DNA of 63,954 nt, the filler included, from Reticulomyxa filosa (taxonomy: Eukaryota > Protista > Foraminifera), in the NCBI GenBank assembly GCA_000512085.1. It is 22 parts of 22 records of this genome, joined end to end, with 100 filler letters (N's around TTAATTAATTAA, not from the genome) between each part and the next. Parts side by side here need not be neighbours in the genome. Positions count along the whole stretch, not along the records: positions 1 to 2,883 come from ASPP01033190.1; positions 2,984 to 9,779 come from ASPP01003090.1; positions 9,880 to 12,084 come from ASPP01011078.1; positions 12,185 to 17,118 come from ASPP01002047.1; 18 more parts are not named here. The stretch is one strand, 5' to 3'. The notes under the pieces were generated by a model that saw only the letters and a list, made by a program, of their open reading frames with translations, was not told the DNA's origin and ran no database searches. Positions 1-14,567 of the stretch are shown here, in pieces. The translations under genes and the position numbers were made by a program. Positions within the stretch are counted from its first letter, which is position 1. Each line of letters begins with the position of its first letter.

Positions 1-2883
1 TTTTATCACCGGCAATTGATCACCTTCTTTGATGAAACGAAAGAACTCGTCAAAATCCATATTCAAACAATCCTTCAGCTTCTCTTGAAAATTGGAATTA
101 CTTTCTTTGTAAAGTTCGATTACAGCCTTGGCTAATTCAGATATTGAGACATAAGTGCGATTCCATATTTTTTTTTGCAATACTTTGTTGACTTTACGCA
201 ATTTGCCAACTAAATGGCGAAAGTTTTCATTAAGTGAATCATCCATTTTTTGAATTGCATATTCAAATTGTTCTTTGTTTGTAAAAATTTCGTTAGTTGC
301 AAATTCTCCAATTTTCTTTTCATTTTCTGCGATCAATTCCAACACACTTTTACTTTTGGCGATATCCCCAAAACATTCCATGCATATGCAATAACAATTC
401 GATGCCTCTTTCATCGAGGTTTTTTCTTTGTCATGCTCGAATTGACCAATGAATTCAAATTGCTTCAAAAATGTTTGCCACACTTCGTCACTTTTAATAG
501 TACTTTTATTTTTATGAGCATTTTGAATTATCTCAGTTGCTTGTTTCAATATTTGCCAACAATGTTTTGTTTGCCGTAGGCCAACTGCATTTTCAATTTC
601 TTTTTGATTTTCTTGCATTTTATCTTTTGCTTCAGATCCGACGTTGGGAAATAGTATGGACATTTCCAATTTCCAATCCATTGACTCACACCACTCTAAA
701 CCGCTATATCGTAATGTATTATTCTTAATTGCAGTAGCCAGGTATTCCCAATCCGAATTGGCTTGCTTAAATACATCCATGAAAGCGTTCATAGTGGAGA
801 TTGGGTTTTGACTGTAGGTTGCTCTTCTTTTAGTCCACATCTTACGAAATAGTTCACTATCCTCTCTGTCTATCATCAATTGCATATCATTTTTGAAGGG
901 ATTCAACATTTTCATGGATTTCGCACAGTCTTTTTCAATATCCAAAAGACAACAATGGCCAAATTTTGTGACATACTCATGAAATTGTTGCAAGTCATTT
1001 GGAATTGTTTCAAAGTATCCCCGTACAACAGTTTTAAAATTGTTTGATATTTGTTTGAAATTCTCATATTTGTCCAATGTATCTTTCCAAACTTGTTCAT
1101 CTATCCCTTTATCTTCTGCCATCCACAATATCTTGATATGTGCTTCATTTTTGCTTTTTATGAAATCATATAACATGGTATCAATTTTTTTTTCTTTAAT
1201 CACACTGTCTAATGTCTCCAATGTTGTTTGGATAAAGTTATACAAATTACGAAAAATGTTCATTTTATTCCGATGCTTGACCAACAACTGTTTCCATTCA
1301 ACATATAAAACACAATATTCCAATTTTTTTTTTAATAACTCGGTTCCATTTTTATCTTCTCCACCTTGTGAGGACGTTTTTTCTTCTTGTTCATCTTCAT
1401 TTGATTCCTTTTCGGTCGAGGGTACTTCGTTGCTGTCACTATTGTTTTGTTTTATTTTGTTATCCAAGTTTAAAAAAATGAAATAATGTTATTGTTATTA
1501 TGACTATACCATTTGAAAGGAATTTGGATAAGCAATTCTAACAACCAATTCAACATTGACAAATCCGAAAGTGATTCTCCAATACATTCGTCCAACTCAC
1601 TTTTAGAATCTTTGTCCCAACATTTGTTATCAAATAAAAAACTGTTACTTGTTGATTCTACTTGTGTCTTGAATACATAGCGAAATTTTCCCGGTATTTT
1701 ATTGTACCGAGAAGGACGAAGGAACCACAACACCTTGCGATGACGCCACTTACCACTCGGTCTCTCCCCAAAATTATCAGCATACCACCAATCTTTAAGT
1801 GACTCGATCAGTAATTCTTCCCATTCATCTTCATTTTTCTCAATGATATAATTAAAAAATTGAACCCAGACTTCCAAATTTTTGAGATTGGTTTGTCCCT
1901 TCTCCAACAACTCTTTGACCAGCTCTCTTCGTCTTTCACTGTCGGATGAGTCATTTAGTTCAAGTTTCTTTTGTTATTGTTGTAGTGTTGTGGTTATTCA
2001 TTTTTATCATTTACCAACATAAAATTATACAAAGCAATGAAATTTGTTAACATTCCACAAGAGGTCAATCAAACCGAATACGGCCTCCTTTTCATACAAT
2101 ATTTTTCCAGAGTAGTTTTCGATTGTGACCAGTAATTCTATTTCTTCCTTCCAACTTTTTTTTTTCGTGGTTTTATTATAATCATGTGCAAGATGGAGTA
2201 AACAAACATCAAAAAAAGCATTACATAATCTCTTGTTCTTGAAAAAATGCTATAAAGGCTAAGAAATCTTTTGCCGATGCCGTTACCAATTTGATAAACT
2301 CATTGTTGTAAATAAATTGATTTAAAAACGACTTGCGAACACTATCATCTCCAAAGATACCTTTGTTTTCAAGCTCGGCCAAATATGAATTCCACTTTCC
2401 AAAATCTTTTTGAAATGCTGTCAACATAACTTCCCAACATTTATTGTCATTATCCATCGAACAGATATTGTCCCACACTTCCTTACTTTGTTGGAACAAA
2501 AACTTCAAAATAGACTGAGATAATATTGTGTCCTTATTGCCATTTAACAAATCGATAACATACATTTCACTGTATATGGGTGCATTTGCCTGTTCCAATT
2601 CACGTATACGCAAGTCTGTTTTTATCACACTGATAAGTTTTGTTTCAGTGTCGTCACATTTCCATTCCGAGTTACTATTTTCAAAGCGTTGATAGAAGTT
2701 AATTGAAAAAATATTGTGCATGGAGGGCAAGGAAAGATAATTGAGACATGGAATAAGGAAAAAGTACTCCAATTTGGAATTCTTTCGGATGTGTATTCTC
2801 AGATCACTACCTAATGCGGTACTAATGGATCGAGGCAATTCATTTTTACATTCTTCGAAGATACAACTAATTACCTCAAACCA
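1..2883 (-). pseudogene. Fragment of a large uncharacterised eukaryotic protein gene, frameshifted/interrupted
   Basis: Consecutive minus-strand ORFs (2221-2838, 1470-1910, 912-1100) with protein-like helical, W-rich composition that continue in shifting frames. No family recognised. Confidence 0.5.
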
Positions 2884-2983
2884 NNNNNNNNNNNNNNNNN
2901 NNNNNNNNNNNNNNNNNNNNNNNNNNNTTAATTAATTAANNNNNNNNNNNNNNNNNNNNNNNNNNNNNNNNNNNNNNNNNNNN
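2884..2983. other. Artificial contig spacer N44-TTAATTAATTAA-N44 (first of 21)
   Basis: Identical 100-bp spacers start at 2884, 9780, 12085, 17119, 18526, 21245, 24023, 25630, 34340, 36120, 43837, 47029, 49783, 51116, 53083, 54224, 55695, 57058, 59761, 61338 and 62850. The 12-mer places stops in all six frames. Composition changes abruptly across some spacers. Confidence 0.98.
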
Positions 2984-3038
2984 TAATAACAACAATAATA
3001 ATAACAACAATAACAATAATAATAATGATGACAATAAT

Positions 3039-3900
3039 ATGAATAATAATTATATTGGTGGTGACAGCGACGAAGAAAAAAAAGATGAAATAGAAATTGC
3101 AAAACCCAAATACTTGAACAAATGGGTTCGATTGACTGACAAGAATAACAAAGTGATGTGCATTGGTAGAAAACAAGAAGGAGTATGTGCAGTGATTGGT
3201 GGCAGCAAAAAGCACTTATTATTTGTCGTGTATGCTTCGAATGATATCGATATCTTTAATTTGCATACAATGAAATATATCAAACGTACAAAATTATTCA
3301 AGATTAATCTTCATCGACTTCCCTGTTTTATGCTCAGAAATGACAAAAAGGGACCAGCTATGGCAAAGGCAAATAAAAAGAAGACTGAAATGCTATTGTT
3401 TTGTGAAAGTTCGGCCGTGGCGATTGACTATGATGAAAGTAGCAATACATTGCAATTTTTTGCAATACGAGTTTGTCCACATCTGGGCTTTTGTCATGGA
3501 TACGTGTATGTCGACGATGTTATCTTTTTTTTTGGACTGAACTCTGTGCACAAGTACTCGGTTCCAGAAAACAAATGGTTGAAATGCGATCAGGGTATAT
3601 CTATTCCATGGAACGGAGGTACTGCAATATTCGATGAAGAGACCGCTTATGTGCATATTATTCACACAGAAGCAATAAAGGCAGCCACACCGCATATTCG
3701 AGCGAAACTAAGTGAGTGGATGAAAAAGGATACCGAAAATGAGAGGCAATGGTTTTTGAGAGACACTAAGATGATTGAAGAACAAAAAATTGAAAAGGAC
3801 AGAAGAAGAATTGAAAATAACGAGCAAAAGTTTAAAATGAATTTATCGAAAGTTGAACTGTTTGAACACGCACATAAACACTTGTAAGATAATATATATA

Positions 3901-3932
<32 letters not shown>

Positions 3933-5011
3933 CAGAGATATCAAAAGATTGATGTAGTCATTACTCATTGGATTAGGCTATTCACAATCAAAAGGGGATG
4001 GATTGAGGATTTTCATTTCATTATTGCAAAATATATAATGGTAAGCTTGCATTTGCATTTTTTTTTTTTATACGTTATGCAGCTGATCATCCACATTGCT
4101 CAAACAAAACAAAACAAAACAAAAAGATGGAATATTTTGAAGCAACAAAGGTTTGGAATGGACATTCGAACCGTGTGAACAGTGCAAAATTTTCAGCAGA
4201 TGGAACCAAACTCATTTCAACATCAGATGATAACACAGTTCGAATTTGGGATATTGCATCAAAAAAAGAAATCCAAGTTTTAGGTGGACATTCCGCAAGT
4301 GTAATTGATGCTCAATTTTCACCAGATGGTAATATGGTTGTGTCATGTGCAAAGGATGATACAATACGATTGTGGGATGTAAAAACTGGAAGTGAATTAA
4401 TGAAATTAAAAGACCATTCAAAACCTATAACAAGTGTCCAATTTTCTCCTGAGGGAAATACCGTTGTATCGTCTTCTTATGACAATACTATTCGAATTTG
4501 GAATGTCCAATCCGGAAAAAGCATAAAAATGGAAGGGCATCTGGCTCCAGTTTTTTCAGTGCAATTTTCACCAGATGGTCAATTGCTTGTGTCATCCTCT
4601 GCTGATAGGACAATTATAATATGGAAGGTGAAGTCAGGTGAGATGATACATACACTGAGGGGACATGTAGATATTGTGCAAAATGTAGCATTTTCTTTTG
4701 ATGGCAGATCTATTATTTCATGTTCAAAGGATAAGACCATTCGAATATGGGATGCGATAACGGGATTTGAAATTAGTAAAATTGATCAAGAGTTTGCCTA
4801 CGCGGAGAATGCAAAACTTTCACCGGATAATCAAGTAATTGTATTGTTTTCGAGTAATAGCATGAAATTATGGGATGTGAAATTAGGGATGATAATACAA
4901 GAATTTAATGAAAGGACCTGCATAGATATTTCATTAGATGGAAGTATTATTGTGTCAGCGTGCAGTAATGGAACGATCGCATTGTTTGAAAAAATTGAAT
5001 GGTATTCATAA
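3039..5011 (+). CDS. Kelch-like beta-repeat + conserved helical box + WD40 repeat protein (3 exons: 3039-3851, 3936-4040, 4127-5011; may be 5' partial)
   Basis: Phase-0 GT-AG introns 3852-3935 and 4041-4126 join the ORFs in frame. Exon 2 reads RYQKIDVVITHWIRLFTIKRGWIEDFHFIIAKYIM. Exon 3 has about 7 GH...FSPDG...SxDxTIRxWD repeats. Exon 1 has kelch-like GG/KYS..NKW features. Confidence 0.85.
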
Positions 5012-5345
5012 AAATCGCAAAACAAATTATTACAGCAATAGAACGTTTTTGTTTTATTATATAAATATATGGAAACCTTTTAATCTCACAGAAAATTTTT
5101 AATGTGAAACTCACTTCTACACGCGTTAAAAATAGATATCACGTAAAAAAAATATTTTGCGATCATGTCTATTGTTTTGCTTGGTTAAGACAATCTTTTT
5201 CTTCCAATCTTTCAACTTGTGCCTCTCCAAAGTAAATTGGTTTATAGAGGCGTACATTATCAAGACAGGATAAAGCTTCCTACATTTTTGTATAAAAAAT
5301 TTTCAATAAACAAAAAAACTTCAATTTCAATATTGATTTTTTTTT

Positions 5346-6930
5346 TCATTCCCATATTCGAATTGTTGTGTCACGAGAACCAGACACGATTATATTGCCA
5401 TCTGATGAAATATCCACTCCCACTACTGCATTAGAATGCCCCTTTAATTCATGCACTTCATGTTCTGCTTTCACATCCCAAAGAGTAATTTCCTCTTCTG
5501 AACAAGATACAATAGTTTGACCATCTGGAAAATATTTTACTTCATTCACAACAAAAGGAAATAAACTAAATTTTTTAATTTCTTTTCCTAATTCTACATC
5601 CCATATCCGAATTGTTGTATCTGTCGAGCAGGATACAATAAACCGACCATCGGGAGAAAATTTTGCACTGGTTATAAAACTCGAGTGTCCGATTAATTGT
5701 TTTAATCGATCACCTGATGTTGCGTCCCATAAAGCAATTGTATTATCAGTAGATGACGATACAAGCATTTGACCATTTGGTGAAAATTGTACATTCCGTA
5801 TATAACCTGAATGACCCACAAAATTTTGAATTTCTTTTCCGGAATCTACATCCCATAGCCTTATTGTATTATCAATTGAGCCTGACACAATATATTTACC
5901 ATCTGGAGAAAAGCTAACATACATCGGTGAATCTAAATGTCCCTCTAATTTCATTATTTCATTTCCTGATTCCACATCCCATAATCGTATGGTATTATCA
6001 TAAGAACATGAAATGATAAATTTCCATCAGGGAAAATTCTGCACAATAGATAAACAAAAATGACCTCTGAATGTTCGAATTTGTTTTCCAGATGCAACAT
6101 CCCATATTCGGATTGTTTTGTCATCCGATGCTGAAACAATTTTACTGTCATCAGCCGAAAATCTAACACTTCTTACCGCAGCAGAATGCCCTCGCAAAAT
6201 TTTTAATAATTTTAAAAGTTTTAGCCTAAGTTGAATGTTGAATAATCAATACTAACAAATATTCCATTTAAATAAATATATATACATATATATATATATA
6301 TATGTATATATAACTTAACATATTTGGAAATAATTTTATCAAAATCATAAATCCATCCTCTGTTAATTGATGAAGACCGAAGCCAACTTTTCAATAATAA
6401 AGTTGTTTGTTCTAGTTTCTGTGTTTTTATTTTTTTTAATGTAAAAATATTGTGTCTTGTTTGCTATTTGTTTGTTTATCTGTTACCGAATATAGCGGTT
6501 TACGGTGATCGCGATAAGTTCTATTCCAATTTCTTCTTCTGCTCTCTTGTCCCAGAAAACGAGCATAACTGCTATTTCCACTACGTCTGGTACGACCGCG
6601 ACGCCAGAACATACGATAATCATTGTATCTATTGATTGATGATTTTTTGTCTTGAAAATCTGAATTTGAAAGATACATATCAGAGGCATTCCAAGTAGAG
6701 TTAATTTGATTCATTGTCCTTTGTTGATCGATTTGATTTCCATTATAAAAAATTTCTCTTTCATTTCGTTCAAATTCAAAGTAGTGATGCTTTTTACGAT
6801 TGGCATTACGATATCTTTCTCGATTGTTATATTTTCCGTAACCTGGCCCGCAACCTCGTCCTTGCCGATTTCTGCGCCTTGATTGATGAAAATTTCTAAT
6901 ATTCCTACTTTCTTGGCTTGTCATCTTCAA
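5346..6930 (-). CDS. WD40 repeat protein with R/N-rich N-terminus and conserved box; several frameshifts (errors or pseudogene)
   Basis: WD40 ORF 5346-5975 continues upstream (LRGHSAAVRSVRFSADDSKIVSASDDKTIRIWDV) through frameshifts near 6030-6065 and 6215. Intron 6319-6226. Upstream exon reads KLEQTTLLLKSWLRSSSINRGWIYDFDKIISKY. Joining to ORF 6436-6930 needs a 1-nt fix in a T-run (inferred). Confidence 0.75.
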
Positions 6931-9590
6931 TGATGATCAATTCTATCAGCACAAAATTTGAGCAACTATTGGTTTTCGATCTTGCCCTGTTTGAATAAGT
7001 TTTACGCAGAACTACAAAAAATATTTTCAACTTTTCAAAAGTCATTTCAGAATATGTAGTTTTAAAAAAAATGGTGTTTAAATTCCACTTTGAAAAAATA
7101 GTTGATTTTGTCATCAAAAACAGGTATTATATTCTAATTTAACGCAATACTCAAGTGTTTGAAAATTTATTGAGAATCGTGACTAGTTTTACCAATCACA
7201 TGCCTGTATCATTTGTTGACCGTTTAGCAAAAATTGTTTATCGTTTCATTATAATGTCTTTTGATTATTGTGTTTGACTAGATTTGTTTACAAATTAGAA
7301 ACAAACTTAAATAGTTTTGTCATATTGTTTAACAACAGACATTTACACAAGTTTGAACTTTTTGTATTTTTGTAAATAGTGGTTTATACATCATTTCAAA
7401 AAACTAAACTTGTAGAAATTAAATTTTAAATTAATTTGGTAAGACTATGCATTGTTTTAACTGATTTATTGAAGAACAATCCCATTTATTATTATTACAA
7501 TTACGTCCATCAGACAATATAATTGGTTCATATGTACATGTAGGGACAAGAGTTGAAGATGATCGATTTTCTAAGTCAAAATTAACATTGTTTCAAATTT
7601 TTTAAAAAAATATACGAATCTTCAAGAATAGAAAATAAAAATGAAAATACACAAATGATATTATTAACGTGGGCAATATATGGTGAGTTCAACAACTGTG
7701 CGTACCAGTAAAACGAGAAATTATTTCATTGATTTAAATCTAATCTATACCATTTTACTGATTTAAAAGAGCGGATGCACACTGTGTATTTATCTTTATT
7801 GAAGGATAGCACTCTCAGTGAGGTCATAGTCAACAAAAAAACAAATTAAATGCAGAAATCCCTATGCACTTGTACGAAAAAGAAAAAAAATGACATAATA
7901 TAAGTATTGACATTGAGATATTTAAATACAAAAACACAAAAATATTGCAATTCAAGTTTGTCAATTTTAGTTATCAAAATAAAAATCAAAGAGTTGTTGT
8001 TTTTTCATTAATCTATTTTGTGAAATTATTTTTGCCTGAAAAAAATCTTTCGATTAAATTATTTCCAGAGCTGTTCAAATACATAAATATCAAAAACCAA
8101 AATCGTTATATAATATTAATGAACATTTTTTACAGAAATCTTACTTCTGGAATCTTTTTCATTCCACATATTACCTCATGTATGCCTGGTGTTTAATTAC
8201 AGTTGGAATACTATATTTGTTTATCTCAATTCCGATTATGTAATGAATAATGTGTATGTCTCGGAAGTTAAAATAACTTTTCAAACATATTTCTTTATTT
8301 AATTCATCTTTATTTTATGAAATTAACAAAGTATACACGTTCATAATATCATTTTACTGGCGAATAAAATTATAACGCTTATATTGATTAGTGTTGAAGA
8401 TTCAGAAACAAGAATATGAATTACACTTTTTTTTACAAACTGACTGTCTTTTGAAGCCAGTGTCTATTTTATTATTACCTCTTCACTGACTGATGTTTGT
8501 ATACAAACAATTGAAACAGTTGTCGAAAGGTAATCCTGTATTTAATTATTTTTGCATTTATATGTTTGATCGAATGATTTTGTATCAAAACGTTTCTAAA
8601 GATTAATGTTTTTATGATTTTGTTTCAATTTTTTTGAACGAAAAACATTTATTTGATCTGTCATCAAAAGGGCGAGATTTACCTTTTTATTTCAATCCAG
8701 TTCATTAAATTTTTAGAAACACTCCAATTTTTTTGGAGTAGAAAATTGGACAATGAATCCGGTTTAGAAATATTCAAAAAATACCGTCATTACAACGAAC
8801 AGATATAACCTCTTGACTTATTTTCTAAAACAAAATATTTTATACAATATTGCATATCAGGCAGCTGTCTATCTAATTTTCCAACCACTCAAAACCATAG
8901 CTGCAGTAGCATCAGTTAAATTTTTATTAGTATAAATCTATCCAAATTACAATCCGAAAATGCGAAATAAGAAGAAATGGAAAACAGTGTGTTCGTTTAA
9001 TACTTTTGTGAACTAGTAATAATCTTTAAAACAATTGAATCAAGAATTGTATATGTACAAGTTTATATCAACTTTAAAAACAATATTGTAGCTTCATAGA
9101 TATTGCTAATGCTTATAACTGATCAAATTGCCATTATCATTTCTTATCAACAATTTTTTAAACACTGATTGTCCGACGTATGGAGTATGCTAACTGACAC
9201 AAAGTATTTATGAGATCGTTATTACAATCAAGTCTGTTAGTTCTCTGCTTTTCGGCCCTCTTGACAAAGACAACAGTGGAAACATTTACAATACAAAAAA
9301 ATTTGATATTTCAAGTACAACTTTCTTTATTAAAATTAAGCTTTAAGAGGATATATGTAGATAAAGAGATAGAAAATAAGATGATTATCAATAAGAATTT
9401 GGTGGAAAAAAATTGAATTGAAATTGGGTTGTCTTTAGACAAATTTCAAGTGAATTCTTATTGTAATTTTGACTGGACAAACTGAAGCATCTCGTCGAAA
9501 ACAGGGGACCAAGAGGCAAAGATTCTTCTTTTAAAAAAAGTCTGCTGTGTTTTTTCAATCATCGTGAATCAAAAAAAAGAAAAGTAAAAA

Positions 9591-9779
<189 letters not shown>

Positions 9780-9895
9780 NNNNNNNNNNNNNNNNNNNNN
9801 NNNNNNNNNNNNNNNNNNNNNNNTTAATTAATTAANNNNNNNNNNNNNNNNNNNNNNNNNNNNNNNNNNNNNNNNNNNNAAAAAAAAAAAAAAAA

Positions 9896-11953
9896 TTATT
9901 TATTTTTTAAAAAGTCTTGATCTGTGTGTATACGTAACACCTGACCAAAGGTGTTGATTGGATGGTTGGTCGGTGCAGCTGACGGTGAATGAGTTGGTGC
10001 GCGAAAAGGTGCTCTCGAGGGAGCGTTTGTTGGGTGATGATATGGAGCGCGGGTGGGTGCACGCGAGGGTGCACGCGAGGGTGTCCTCGAAGGTGATCTT
10101 GAGGGCGTCCTGGTTGGGGCCCGGTGTGGAGCTCTAGTAGGGGAACGAGTAGGGGCTGAAGTAGGTGAGCGAGACGGACTTCTGGTTGGATGACGTGTCG
10201 GAGCATTGGTAGGTTGGGGTGTAGCGACATGGAAAAGCCAAAATGTGTAATTCAAATCGATTGTTGCCAACACAAATTTCAAAATTCCAACATTTGTAAC
10301 GCCATGTGTTATTATTGGGTTAGATTGTTCTAGCGATGTTACTTTTTGGCAGACACCACTGTTGATGTTCATCACTGTTTCCCAGGTTGCGTCTTCATAC
10401 ATTGACTCCCAAAAATTCAATTGATCATTTCTTTTTTTTTTTTTTTTTATACGTTGTGTCGATTTCAATTGCAAAAAAAAAAAAGAAAATGCTCCCCATT
10501 TGAAAAATTAATTTTTTTAATGGATTTTGTTTTTATTGGAATTGAAAAGGAAAAACAGAAATAATACTTGAGCCCATCAAAAAAAATTCCATTTAATGCA
10601 TACTCATCGAGAGATTCATATCTCGGAATGACTGTGTAATAGCCGTCAAAAGGGTGACGATTGCAATCAAATCCTGATTTTTTTTTTTTTTCCATACATT
10701 GGAAATATTTCATCTCTTTTTTTTTTCTTTGCGTCACATCAAGATATGTTGCGATCACCGAAATAAACAAACAAACAAACAAATAAATAAAAAAAAGAGT
10801 GTAACTGGCAATGAACGTCTTATTGCCAAGCATCAAACGATTGGTACCAATGTTGTTATTCCAATACTCCTTCTGGATATACCACGGAGTCGTGTATACC
10901 ATTTTAGCTTTTGTTGCATAATATCCATCTGTGATGTTCTTGCGACAACGTGACCCGTCCAGCATCACTTGTAGTACCACTCTTGTGTTTTGTGTTGACA
11001 ATGGACCTGTTGTTTCTTGTGCAACAAATTGCGTCTTGTAAGCCCCGTCTGATGACTTTACAGTTAGAGTTAGATTCCACTGTTTATTTACAAGATAAAA
11101 GCAAAGATTGAATAGTATGGAGTCACTTCCAAAAAAAAAAAAAAAAAAAAGCAGTTAACCAAGTTTAGAGGCATACAATACATAAGTATACGAATGCATA
11201 TGTATATTTGTATACAGATAGATATTGACAAAACTTTGGCAATACCTTGGATTTGATACTGGTACCAATCAGTTGTCCCTTGTTGTAGATAATAGGTCTT
11301 TCCCAAATTTGGGCAATATATTCCTTGCATGCCTGCAGTTTTACCCCCTGTTTGATAAGTCTCATAGACGCTCCGAAAAGTGTTCAAATAAACCAATTCA
11401 AAGTCTGAAACCAGAAAGATTGTTATTATGTGTAATATGTACATAATACGTATATAACTTAGTTTGGTAAACATGAAAAAAACATAGTGACATAACACCA
11501 AGCAGCATTGCTCCAATTAATGCTTATTGATAAATCGCGAATTGTCTTCCACGTTCCCCAAGAGTCTTTGAAGACTGTTCCTTCTTTTTTTCATGTATGA
11601 TTATATGTGAATATTAAAGATAGGATTGATTATTATTGTTTGCCCCTTTTGTGTATTTTAACTAGGAATTATTCCATACGCAGCCCCTGTACCTCCACGA
11701 ATTTCTGAACCAGTCAAATTGACCACGATTTGCCAATTTTTCCCGTCTTGGCACCTGAGTGGTAATATAACCAACCAACATCGGAGCCATGTCAAACAAA
11801 AGCAAACAAAATCCGAAAAAAAACGTGTTTCCTTAATCAACTAAACATTGATTTGCCCATGCATTGTACAACTCGGGCAGAATTTAGAGTCAAAGATGCC
11901 AGAACACAAAATGTCCTGGGAGTCAATAACAAAATCCAAAAGAGTGCAAACAT
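9896..11953 (-). CDS. Multi-exon, probably extracellular protein with a C-terminal P-T/S-x-A/S-P mucin-like repeat stalk
   Basis: Minus-strand Y/T/G/C-rich exonic segments between poly-A/T introns. ORF 9896-10474 carries PTNAPTRHPTRSPSRSPT... Exon boundaries and start are uncertain. Confidence 0.55.
9950..10222 (-). repeat. Coding 12-bp (4-aa) PT/PS repeat tract
   Basis: About 20 P-[TS]-x-[AS] units in a GC-rich island. Confidence 0.85.
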
Positions 11954-12850
11954 GGTCCACCTTTTAGTTTTTTGTTGCAAGCCCATCCGACTCGAAAACA
12001 GACTTTTTATTGTATGACGTCAATTTTTTTTTCCTTCTTAAATAATAACAAAGCTCAATCAACCATTTGTCCATAGCTAAACAANNNNNNNNNNNNNNNN
12101 NNNNNNNNNNNNNNNNNNNNNNNNNNNNTTAATTAATTAANNNNNNNNNNNNNNNNNNNNNNNNNNNNNNNNNNNNNNNNNNNNAGAGCTCTTGGATTTG
12201 GCCGTTAGGCAAGAACTAATCAATTTAACCAGAGCTGTCACAAAAATATCGAACCAACTTAAGCAATGATTTGGCAGATTTAGAATTTGTATGGGAAAAA
12301 GGATTGAAGTGATTTTTTTCTTGTTTGTTTTTCTTTTATTTCAATTGTATTTTATCAACATTGATAATACAACTTATGAAAGAAAATCTTTCGGTCTCAA
12401 GAAATAAGTATACATTAATTCTTAGCCAGCCAAGTCCCAGTTGTGATTTTGTTGATGATAATTTGTTTTCCGGCTCATATTTCTTGTTTTCAGTGTTCGT
12501 CAAAACCAGCAGTACACCTTTGAGATTCGACATGCTTCCCACTGTTCAATTTATATTTCAAAACTATTTCTTGAAATTTAGAACGCTCACGTCGGACAAA
12601 AATTTTTTTCAAATTTTTGCAATAAAAAAATGTAGGAGAAAAAAAAAATATATTGTAAAGATTTTCAAAAACGGAAGTGTGTTTCCTTTTCTTAGTGTTG
12701 TGAGCGAGTCTTCTCGACAAAGCAATGAAAAAAGTTTGTTAGTTTTCAAATTAAAAAACGACGAATGATTCGTATACATATAGTGAATTGACAAGTTGGC
12801 GTTGCATTTTTTTAAAAAAAGAAAAAATAAGTTGGATTGCGAAGATTGTA

Positions 12851-14045
12851 TTATCTCCATAGTTTGATACTGCCATCAAAAGAAGATGACACAATTGTGT
12901 AACCATTAGGAGAAAAAGCAACTTCGGAAACAAGTCCACTATGTCCAGTTAATTTCTGTATTTCCTTTTCTGTTTTTACATCCCACAAGTGAATACCACC
13001 ATCAGTTCGACCATAGACAATGGTTTGATTATCAGGTGAGAATGTGGCATTAATAGCTTCAGTTTGTTCACCAAACCGTTGAATCTCTTTTCCCGAGGTC
13101 GCATCCCATATTCGAACGCAATCACTTGAGCACGATACAACAAATTGCCCATCCGTAGAAAACTGTGCACCCACAACAGTATTTGAATGTCCAACCAAAG
13201 AGTGTATCCTTTCACCTGATTGCACATTCCATATTCCAACAGTGGCATCTACCGAAGCAGAGACAAGAAATAATCCATTGAAAGACATTTGAACATCGAT
13301 AATGTAATTGGAATGTCCTTCCAATCGTTTCAACTCCAGTCCAGATTGCACATCCCATAATCGAATAGTGCTGTCCCAAGAGCTCGAAACAATGAATTTT
13401 GCATCTGGTGAAAATTGCGCTCTTGTGACAATATTGGAATGTCCTTCAAGTAAATGTAATACGAATCCAGATGTCACATCCCACAATCGAATGGTTGTGC
13501 ATGATGAAGATACAATCATTGTGCCATCGGGTGAAAATTGTGCGTCATACACAGGCCCTATATATTCTTCAAACGCATACATTTCTTTTCCTGATTCAAC
13601 ATTCCATATTCGAATCTTTTTGTCATCTGTCGCAACAATTGCTTTACCATTTGGTGAAAATCTTACACTGTTTATACTCGGCCCACTCTCTACAATGGTT
13701 TTTAGTAATCGAAATAATCTCGTCTGTTCCATTTTGTTGTTATCATTATTATTGCTGATACTTGTCCTTGTACAAAAAACAATACATAGGGATGCTGATT
13801 GAAATACTCAACATATCTCGCTATAATTTCATCAAATTCGTCAATCCATCCCAAATCGATAGCGTTCAAACGAGTCCAATATCTTAAGATTTTTTTTATT
13901 TCTTCCACTGTCTACATTTTATCATACCATTCATATTTAAATTTAGATTTGCATTCACATTTATATACATGTACACAATCATTTTCAGAAAAGATGTTAC
14001 AAGAAATTCTTCTGTTTGCTGAGGCTTGCTGTCGTTTGCATTCAT
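12851..14045 (-). CDS. WD40 repeat protein with N-terminal conserved box (exons about 14045-14001, 13911-13808, 13766-12851)
   Basis: MNANDSKPQQTEEFL | TVEEIKKILRYWTRLNAIDLGWIDEFDEIIARYV | then about 7 WD40 repeats. First intron 14000-13912 is clean GT-AG phase 0. The second intron boundary is tentative. Confidence 0.88.
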
Positions 14046-14567
14046 CCCTCCACACAGCCTACGTGTTCCAGGTTCAACACAATGGCAGATTTCATATTCA
14101 TCAATTCCAAATTTAGAATTGAAATAAAATGTAAGTTCAAAGTTAGAAAGTGTCAGTGGCATGGACATATCAGTAAAAAAAAAAGGAACTACAACGACTT
14201 AAAAAATCGTTTGGCACTGTTGCATTACACTAACCATCTTTGCAGTCCATCTCTTTTTTTATTATCGCTGGATTTTCGCGTACGCCTTTTTTTTGTTAAT
14301 TAAATTAAACAAAGACAGGGCAAAAAAAAAAACAAGTTTGAGGCATTGAATAAGCTTTGATAAAACAATCTTTAACGTTTGTGTGAGTCTACCTAATATA
14401 AACTGACAACAAGGAAGTATATTTAAGAAGAATTTAGTTTCAAAGTTTTAATCCAAGAAAGTTGTTGAAACTTTTGTTGTATGAAAAAAAATCTTGTGTG
14501 TTTTTTCCAACAAAAAATTATTCTAAATATTTTGCTATTTGTCCCATTTTCTTAGAATAAAGTAAAA

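Noticed and set aside
7120-9560. Short ORFs in the AT-rich stretch (also 30460-33000, 45500-47000)
   Set aside because: F/K/I/L-biased translations typical of non-coding AT-rich DNA.
13308-13802. Long antisense ORFs over WD40, TBC and other genes (also 21615-22589, 52310-52663, 62894-63587)
   Set aside because: Shadow frames of real genes or of hexamer repeats; no independent support.
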